DNA from: Paramoeba atlantica
Taxonomy: Eukaryota > Protista > Discosea
Direction: 5' to 3'
NCBI GenBank assembly: GCA_977017575.1
Contig: CDRNVI010000012.1
Span: forward strand, 868,001 to 932,000
Length of the DNA: 64,000 nt
The position numbers and the translations under genes were made by a program. The notes beneath the pieces were generated by a model, which worked only from the letters and a program-made list of their open reading frames with translations, was not told where the DNA came from and ran no database searches. Shown one piece after another: positions 9,032 through 16,525 of this stretch (the first letter of the stretch is position 1; every line of letters starts with the position of its first letter).

Positions 9032-9290
9032 AAGGCCCAACTGTGAGCGAAGCCCACGCCTGCAGGCAAGGCCCCCGTTTGCGAGCAAGGCCCAACTGTG
9101 AGCGAAGTCCACTACTGGTGGCAAAGGCCCCCGTTTGCGAGCAAGGCCCAACTGTGAGCGTAGCCCTGGGACATAATTATATTTTTTGACGACTCGCGCG
9201 CTCCAGCGCGCGGGTCGCGCACTGAGAACCTATGTCTACCACTTCCGCAGGATTGTCCAGAGGAAAGGACCAACTGTGAGCGTAGCCCAC
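9032..9290. repeat. 55-56 bp tandem repeat (about 2.5 units) plus one dispersed copy
   Basis: aaggcccaactgtgagcg(a/t)ag(c/t)cc at 9032, 9087, 9143 and 9265 (variant); aaggcccccgtttgcgagc at 9068 and 9124. Confidence 0.9.
9191..9216. repeat. GC-rich hairpin
   Basis: gactcgcgcgc-tcca-gcgcgcgggtc, 11-bp stem with one G:T pair. Confidence 0.8.
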
Positions 9291-9672
9291 GTCTGCGAGC
9301 GCAGGGAAGTGGCAGAGTAGGCCGCGGCGATGACTTTCCACCTGGGGGTACCCCCCTGGTAAGCGCTGGAGGGGTCCGACAAGGTCAAAAATTCCGAAAT
9401 TTTTGGGATAACCAAAAAAAAAAAAAATTTTGACGCAAACAAAAGTAAAAATATTATTTTTTCAAAATCGACTCCTAAACCGTATTTGGAGAGTTTGGGA
9501 CCTCACCTACCATTGTACGACGTTTTTTCGTCAGATTCGACTCCTGCCCCTACTGGTAAAGCATCAAAAACAGCCCAAAATTGGTGAAATTTCGCAATTT
9601 TTGCCGAAAATTCAAGCCTTATAACCCAAAAAGGTAGATTATTCATGATCTTTCGGAAATTTTCCTTTTTTT

Positions 9673-9767
9673 GGCTCTTCGTTAAACGCGGTGGTAGTTT
9701 TCAACGTGAAACGCGCAGCATGAGTGACTTCTAAGTTGAAAACAACCACCGCGTTTAACGAAGAGCC
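9673..9767. mobile_element. 95-bp element with 33-bp terminal inverted repeats (MITE-like / cruciform)
   Basis: ggctcttcgttaaacgcggtggtagttttcaac (9673-9705) versus gttgaaaacaaccaccgcgtttaacgaagagcc (9735-9767), 1 mismatch, 29-bp spacer. Confidence 0.65.
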
Positions 9768-10371
9768 TAAAAAAGTGCTATAAATGTGTTTACTAGATAT
9801 AAATTTATACAAATTTATACTGTATTTGACATAGTTCTTCAGTAAATGACAAAGAATCATCCGAGAATTACTTTCCTTAAACTTCCATTACTATTGACTG
9901 ATTGCAGTGGGTTGCATAACTACCACTCTACCCTCAATTATTGAAAAATTATTTAAAAAAAGTGGACAAAAATAGTGAAAAATAGAGAAACACGGTAAAA
10001 AAGAAAAAAAGGTAATAGAGAACAAAGTAATGAAGAAATGAAATGCGAAAGGGGTGCCGGTGGTTCAAAAATAAAGTGTGTAATCATTACTAATGGTGTC
10101 CTCAAAAAGCTGTTTTTTAATCGCAAAAACAAATTCGGCCCCGCTTTGCGGCGCCTGTTTTCTTCGACTCACAAATATGTAGGGAAAGTGATTTTACTAT
10201 CTTTTCCCACAATTGACAAATAAGTAGGGGGTGTGCAGCGACAATTATGTAGGAGGGGATAACGAGTGGAAAAGTCTTAAAAAGTCACCAAAAAAGGTTT
10301 TTTCGACAAAAAAATAATACTTGAAACCTGCATTTATAGTGCCGGTTACCCAAAGCTTCTTTATCCTTCAT

Positions 10372-13300
10372 ATGACAAAACTAGGCAATGTTCCATCCGT
10401 ATTCATCCCTGCAATAGGTACAGCACGGTCACAAGAAAGATGTGCGTGGAATGTTTTGAGCGAATCTGGCATGGAAGCAACGATTGTTATTCATCGGCGT
10501 GACGAGGAACTTTTTCGTAGGCTTGTCAAAAAAATGAGAGGCATTCGCCTTCGGGTTGCCCCCCGACGTTGCCACTCTTTTTCTCAACTTTGCAATTACA
10601 TCATCACCGAACTAGGAAAATCTCGGAACTGGGTATGGATTATTGATCAGCACGTGGAAGATTTTTGTTTCCCGGCGACACCTTCCCATGAGTACCGTTC
10701 TCTTTCGCCGCTAATTGCCCTGCAGCACCGCACTGAATGGGAAGATTGTCAATCACTTTCCACAGAAACCCCGGAAAGATCAATATCAATTATAGCACTA
10801 GAACGATGTTCTGTGTCAACAGGAGAGGTGGTACCTTTTTGCGAAGATTGTCAACCTTCTGCTATATGCATTAAGACCTCCATGGGAACATGTTTCCGTA
10901 GCAATCTTCGTGCAACGGATGATGTGCTCCTAGGTGCAATGCGTAAGGGTCACAATGTATGCTTTATTGGAACCGTTGGTTGCGCGTTCAAAACGGGTGT
11001 AAACCGCTACACGGAGCACATCCTAAACTACTCCATGTTGCCGGCGCAGGTAGAAAAAGAAAGATCGCAGTTTGAAAAACGATGGAGTTTCTTGACTATA
11101 AAAGCGCGGTCGCCCCGGTACTCTGTTTCATGGGAAAACGTCGAAAAACATTTTGGCGAGCATAATGAAGATGACTCAGCTGTTACTGAAAATTCTTTGG
11201 AGTCGAGGCGTAACACAGGTTCGTCACCACGTACAAGCCGCTTTGCAGCTGTAGAAAATGTTTCCTCGAAGGCTGGATCGCTTGATGAGGCGGGGCAGCA
11301 GATAAGGGGCACCAGCACCGATACCCTTCCAAATAAATATTTTTTGAGATCCAAAGGAACAAATTCTCGCGAACCCTTCCTGTGGGATGTGGGTAAATCG
11401 TTTTTTAAAAGAAAGAGACAAACCCAGAAAAAATGTCCCTTAGATACTTGGGATGTAGGTGGTAAATTTCTTTATGAGAAGTCACTTCCTTCAACAAAAG
11501 TGTGTCTTAAGCCTATTTCAATTTCAAGAGGTATTGAGACGCCTGAAATGATGTCTAGTCAGCCTGAGTCGAAATCTGCCCAGGGGAGAAGCGGTGCAAC
11601 AAAATGTCAAACGTCTTGTGCAAAATCGAAGGACAGTGTGTCTGAGGATCCGACAAATCTAACTTCTGAAAATCCATCCAGAGATCTACTTGAAGATATG
11701 CCTACGCGAATCTCAACTAGTATGCCACAAAAAGATATTGAAAAAGAGCTTCCTATGAAAATTGGGATCGAAGACGAGATTATCAATCCCTTTGATTTTA
11801 ACAATACTAATCATGATCTAAGTTTTCTATTAGAGCAACTAAGAACGCATTCTACGGAATACAATGAGAGCTGTAGCCCCGACATCGACAAGGTGCAAAG
11901 TCATTGGGTTGGCATCATAGAAGTCGAATACGCCTCCCTAATATGTTTTTGGGGAGGTACCATTTACGTTGTTGACATGGCGTCACCCACAAACGTAGAT
12001 CAGCTAATCGAAATATTTTCTTTGTCAGTTGATAAAATAGTTGTAGGAGCTCAACCGATTTACCGCAGTCTACTTCGACACTTGCGCGGTACGCCGCTTT
12101 ACGACACGTTTTACCCTTCTATGATTCAAGACCTTTCAATTTCATCGTTTCTTCTTGGGCACCGCACGCTAACTGTAGATTCACTCCCCGAACACGCACG
12201 TAATCTAGGATGTGATGTAGTTGAAGTTCGGTTTCCTCAAATTTTATGTGACATCTCATTCCAACACAAAAAATTGTTACAATATGAGAATTTGTTCTCT
12301 GTGTGTAGTACCGCGAACGAACTCGAGTTTGTTCTAGCCCGAATGCACTGCGATGGACTATTGTTAGACTTACAAGAAATGATTCGAGTCAAATCCGAAT
12401 GGCTCTCCCAGCTTGAATCCCCTTCCATTACAAAGGCCAACGAACGAAGTCTCATATCTCGTATCGGTAACTTAGAGAGCGTTTTACACGAGACCGTTTC
12501 AAAATCACTCACGGAATCCGATTGTGCGCTACGAGAAATTCACCCTTTTTATCGTCAGACCACGCGAACGGGTCGCATCATGTGTTCACGGCCCAATATT
12601 CAAACCTTTCCAAAAGAAACCCTAGTGAACGGGGCGAGCAGTTCGGGATTACGAACAGCTCTACGTCCACCGCTTGGCATGGTATGGGTCTCTCTGGATT
12701 ACAGCCATTTAGAACTCCGTCTCCTGGCACACTTTGCAAACGACGACGTTCTCAAGGAAATGTTTACCCACGATGTCGATGTTCACGCACACTTCGCCTC
12801 CTTGTTGGAACAGAAACCAACGGAGGCGATTACCCATGACGAGAGAGAGCGGGCCAAACTTCTGATTTATAGTTATCTTCATGGAGCAAAAGTTGAACGG
12901 CTTGCTGCATCCACGGGTCTCGGCTGGGAGCGTGTCTCGGCATTTCTTTCTCGGTGTCAGGAGACTCACCCAAGGCTTACGGCTTTTCGGGCATCCGTGA
13001 AACAAGAATGTGAGGTAAATGGTGTAGTTCGTACGCTATGTGGCACAAGGGGTAACTTTCCTCCTACTACGTCAGGGAGTGAGCCCGACCCGTGGCTCTA
13101 TACCCAGGCGGTGAGTTTTATGATCCAAGGATCTGCTGCGGATATTATGAAAAAGCTGCTTTGTACTCTTTTTCGCATGACCCAAGCCCACACGCCGTGT
13201 CCATTTTATGTAGCATTCCAATTGTTTGACGAAGTAGTCTTAGGGGTGGATAAGAGATTCTTGTCCTACGTGCTGCCTCGTATTTTAAAAGAAGCGGAAA

Positions 13301-13449
13301 GTGTAGTGGCTCTTTCCGTGCCTCTTCGTTGTACCGTTCGAGTGGGTAAGAATTTCGGGGCAATGCAACGTTTGGGTCGAACTCGACTACTCAACGTCGA
13401 TAACACCAACGCTGGAAGCAATCTTTTTACAAGAAATACATGGAGATAG
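10372..13449 (+). CDS. Family-A DNA polymerase (Pol theta/nu/PolIE-like) with N-terminal TAGT/JGT-like glycosyltransferase-fold domain
   Basis: TRTGRI...PNIQ, motif A SLDYSHLELRLLAH, motif B RERAK..IY..LHG, IQGSAADIMK, motif C QLFDEVVL; first ATG at 10372 (track starts at TTG 10321). Confidence 0.88.
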   Translation: MTKLGNVPSVFIPAIGTARSQERCAWNVLSESGMEATIVIHRRDEELFRRLVKKMRGIRLRVAPRRCHSFSQLCNYIITELGKSRNWVWIIDQHVEDFCFPATPSHEYRSLSPLIALQHRTEWEDCQSLSTETPERSISIIALERCSVSTGEVVPFCEDCQPSAICIKTSMGTCFRSNLRATDDVLLGAMRKGHNVCFIGTVGCAFKTGVNRYTEHILNYSMLPAQVEKERSQFEKRWSFLTIKARSPRYSVSWENVEKHFGEHNEDDSAVTENSLESRRNTGSSPRTSRFAAVENVSSKAGSLDEAGQQIRGTSTDTLPNKYFLRSKGTNSREPFLWDVGKSFFKRKRQTQKKCPLDTWDVGGKFLYEKSLPSTKVCLKPISISRGIETPEMMSSQPESKSAQGRSGATKCQTSCAKSKDSVSEDPTNLTSENPSRDLLEDMPTRISTSMPQKDIEKELPMKIGIEDEIINPFDFNNTNHDLSFLLEQLRTHSTEYNESCSPDIDKVQSHWVGIIEVEYASLICFWGGTIYVVDMASPTNVDQLIEIFSLSVDKIVVGAQPIYRSLLRHLRGTPLYDTFYPSMIQDLSISSFLLGHRTLTVDSLPEHARNLGCDVVEVRFPQILCDISFQHKKLLQYENLFSVCSTANELEFVLARMHCDGLLLDLQEMIRVKSEWLSQLESPSITKANERSLISRIGNLESVLHETVSKSLTESDCALREIHPFYRQTTRTGRIMCSRPNIQTFPKETLVNGASSSGLRTALRPPLGMVWVSLDYSHLELRLLAHFANDDVLKEMFTHDVDVHAHFASLLEQKPTEAITHDERERAKLLIYSYLHGAKVERLAASTGLGWERVSAFLSRCQETHPRLTAFRASVKQECEVNGVVRTLCGTRGNFPPTTSGSEPDPWLYTQAVSFMIQGSAADIMKKLLCTLFRMTQAHTPCPFYVAFQLFDEVVLGVDKRFLSYVLPRILKEAESVVALSVPLRCTVRVGKNFGAMQRLGRTRLLNVDNTNAGSNLFTRNTWR

Positions 13450-13723
13450 TTGGTGCACCTAATAGTTTCTTACGAGTTATCAGCTATTGATAGAGCGTTT
13501 TTAGCAATACATAAAAAAATTACGTAAAGGCACAACAAAAAACACGATTCAAAAAAATGTACATGAACGAAGACCAAGCTTTTGATACCCATTATTTAAT
13601 AAGAATTATTGCTCATTTATTTACTAAGCTCATGACATTCCGAAACTAAAGGCTGATTAGTCTACCGTTGTAGTGCCGATCCAGTGGGCCACGTTTTAGT
13701 CGCGTTTTTGGTCGCGATTGAAA

Positions 13724-15637
13724 ATGTGTGAGCTTTCCTCCGTTATTACAAAATGGTGCGACCAGCAGGAATTACTTATTGACTCGGAGAAAAATGCCTC
13801 CGAATTAAAAGGGGCACGTTCACGTGCAATACGCGGTCATATCGAGCAAGTTATTGCCGTACTCGACGAAGTATATCATTTTCATATTCAACTTGCTAAG
13901 AAGCTAGAAAAAAATCCTTACCGTCCGCGTGAGTCAGTTAGATTGCAGCGACATGATCCAACAGACAAGAAGCCTATCTCGTCAACTTCATGCACTAGAC
14001 AAGACAAAAGAAAATTAAATGGAGTCGTCATACAAGTGGGAGCAGGAAATATCGTGCTTGCCGTGCAGGATTTCGATTTTACATCTGAATGGGGTATGGA
14101 TGTGGAAGTAACTCTAACGTCATGTCCTGATGAACTTACCTTTCGACGACTTCGACGTGTATTGGGATCCGAAGAGCCCAGCATACGCGTCTTGCAACGA
14201 ATGTTTCCTACGCATGCTGATATTGTTTTTGGGAAGTCTGATAAAATTCCAGAGCCTGACGCAGATAAACAAAATAGTATAGAGCTTTTCAACTCCTCAT
14301 TGAATGAAGCACAGCAGCGTGCTGTACTAGGCGCTCTACATTCACCAAACATTCACATTATCCACGGTCCTCCAGGAACAGGGAAGACCACTACAATTTG
14401 TGAAATTGTTCGCCAGATGACCATTCGTCAAAATTTTCGTATTCTGGTTTGCGCACCATCAAATGTAGCCGTGGATAACATTCTGCTTAGCTTGAGCAAC
14501 ACAAGGCTTTCCAGCAAAGGCATCCGTCCGATTCGATTAGGTCACGTCGGTCGAGTACATCCCAATATGGCGCAGTATACCTTAAATGAGTTACTCCGCT
14601 CGCACGAGCAAAACGAGGTTCTTTGCGATATACAACAAGATATTAACAAACTTCTCAAAGAGCGATGCACCGGTAGGTCTAAATACAGTGAAATCAAGAA
14701 ATTACGTAATGAACTGCGAATGAGAGAACGAAAAGCGACAGAGCAACTGTTCATGTCGGCAAACATGATTACATGCACGTGTAGCTCTGCGGCCCACTAT
14801 CTTGTACAACAAGACTGTTTTGATGCTGTTCTAATTGATGAGGCATCACAGTCGCTTTTTGTTGAAAGTTTCATCCCTTTGCTTCGAGCGTCCCGATGGA
14901 TTCTTGTTGGGGATCCGTGTCAGTTACCTCCTACGGTGCTAAGCGGCTCTAAAGAGCTCGAAAAAACACTTATGGGTCATTTATTGTCTAAGGAAAAAGA
15001 AACTTCGAATATTTTATCCTTACTTGATACGCAATATCGTATGCATGAAGAGATTTGTGGGTGGAGTAATCGGGAGTTCTATGAAGAAAAACTAAAAACG
15101 GATGTATCCTCAGCGAGCGCTCTTCTGTGTGATTTGCCAAGTGTTGAATCCACCTACGAGACCTGCAGCGCTATTATGTTTGCAGACACCAGGGAAATGG
15201 GTCTTGGAGAGAGTTCTTCGTCCTCAGGAAGCAAAGAAAGTTTTGGGGAATCTATGCTGGTGGAACAGCACGTGCGAAGTTTGAAGTCTGCTGGAATTGC
15301 TCTCAGTTCGATCGGAGTTATCACACCGTACTCCGCTCAGGCAAAGCTGATTTCTGAAAGCTTACGTGCTGAGATCGATCCTGACTCCAACGTTGAAGTT
15401 AGTACAGTGGATGCATTCCAGGGAAGAGAAAAACTAGCAGTCATTCTATCTTTAGTGCGTTCCAACGTGGAAGGAGAGGTTGGATTTCTATCAGATTCTC
15501 GTCGGATGAATGTAGCCTTGACCAGGGCACAGAGACATCTCTTGATAATAGGAGACTCTGACACCATGAACCGGGATTCCGGGCTGCGAAAACTTTGTTC
15601 TTATTTAGAAGAAATAGCTTCGTATGTCCAGATTTAG
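13724..15637 (+). CDS. IGHMBP2: SF1 helicase, IGHMBP2/SMUBP-2/Hcs1-like
   Basis: GPPGTGKT, CAPSNVAVDN, IDEASQ, GDPCQLPP, QYRMH, ITPYSAQ, STVDAFQGREK, RRMNVALTRA. Confidence 0.88.
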   Translation: MCELSSVITKWCDQQELLIDSEKNASELKGARSRAIRGHIEQVIAVLDEVYHFHIQLAKKLEKNPYRPRESVRLQRHDPTDKKPISSTSCTRQDKRKLNGVVIQVGAGNIVLAVQDFDFTSEWGMDVEVTLTSCPDELTFRRLRRVLGSEEPSIRVLQRMFPTHADIVFGKSDKIPEPDADKQNSIELFNSSLNEAQQRAVLGALHSPNIHIIHGPPGTGKTTTICEIVRQMTIRQNFRILVCAPSNVAVDNILLSLSNTRLSSKGIRPIRLGHVGRVHPNMAQYTLNELLRSHEQNEVLCDIQQDINKLLKERCTGRSKYSEIKKLRNELRMRERKATEQLFMSANMITCTCSSAAHYLVQQDCFDAVLIDEASQSLFVESFIPLLRASRWILVGDPCQLPPTVLSGSKELEKTLMGHLLSKEKETSNILSLLDTQYRMHEEICGWSNREFYEEKLKTDVSSASALLCDLPSVESTYETCSAIMFADTREMGLGESSSSSGSKESFGESMLVEQHVRSLKSAGIALSSIGVITPYSAQAKLISESLRAEIDPDSNVEVSTVDAFQGREKLAVILSLVRSNVEGEVGFLSDSRRMNVALTRAQRHLLIIGDSDTMNRDSGLRKLCSYLEEIASYVQI

Positions 15638-15641
15638 ACTC

Positions 15642-15681
15642 GTACTTCGGTTGGTAATTTCGGTTGAGTACTTCGGTTGAG
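15642..15681. repeat. 13-bp period repeat x3
   Basis: ttcggttg at 15646, 15659 and 15672. Confidence 0.8.
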
Positions 15682-15840
15682 AAAGTGGAACTCTCAAACG
15701 GATTCTCCTATTTCAATCTTACATTTCACAAACAGAACGCGATATTTGTCTTACAGTTTTACCTCGAAAAACTACCGCATAAACATGGCGAGCAAACAAA
15801 ATGCTTTTATTACTCCTCTGATCAAAAATAAAGGAAAATG

Positions 15841-16186
15841 AAAATCCAGAGAGGGGGGATTTTTTTTTCCTTTGTTTTTGATCATGATAGAGAAAATATG
15901 AAGTATAGCATTGCAGTTGTGGAGTACCTTTGTCCGCTTACAACGTAAGATGTTATCTACTTCAAAAATTCTCTTCGGTGGTTCTCTTCGTGGTTCTTTG
16001 GAAAACTTGACTTGACTGAGCAGTTGTTTTTGAAGACTTGAGCCGAATACCAAGTTTGTTAATCCATCTACGAAATGTTGAATAAGAAGGGCCATGACCA
16101 TCACACGTCCCACGAAGCGATGATGCACGAGTTATCGCTTGGCGTCCACTTTCACGTTCTATCCGTGCCTTTTTTGGAGGTGCCAT
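15841..16186 (-). pseudogene. Possible IS630/Tc1-like transposase N-terminal remnant
   Basis: Minus ORF MAPPKKAR...PSYSTFRRWINKLGIRLKS resembles the HTH segment (S.ST.RRWL.KLG...K); broken by a frameshift; minus-strand pyrimidine tract upstream at ~16200-16330. Confidence 0.35.
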
Positions 16187-16525
16187 GATCAGAAATACAA
16201 AGTCCAGTAAGAAAATGTGTAATTAAGAAAATTCGAAGGGTGGGAATGAATTTGGCTACAAGAGAAAAATGACTAGAGTGACCAATAAAGGTGAAGAAAA
16301 GATCAAAAAAGTAAAAAGGTAAATATCGATCAGAATCCATTTTCTTTTATTTTTAATCAGGGGAGTAATCATTTTTTAAGCATATTTGAGGCCCACAAGT
16401 TTATTAAAAAGTGAGCATAAAAGTCCCTAAAACATTATACGGTACTTTCTAGTAAAATTTGCACATGTCTTCAGCTCAAATACTCCAATAACAAATTAGA
16501 GAAAACTAAATCGTCTTGCAGCGTT

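Noticed and set aside
8911-9189. 92-aa ORF over the repeat array
   Set aside because: GTG start; the translation simply reflects the DNA repeat
9032-9290. CRISPR-like repeat-spacer appearance
   Set aside because: Spacers only 10-11 bp, few units, eukaryotic context and no cas genes
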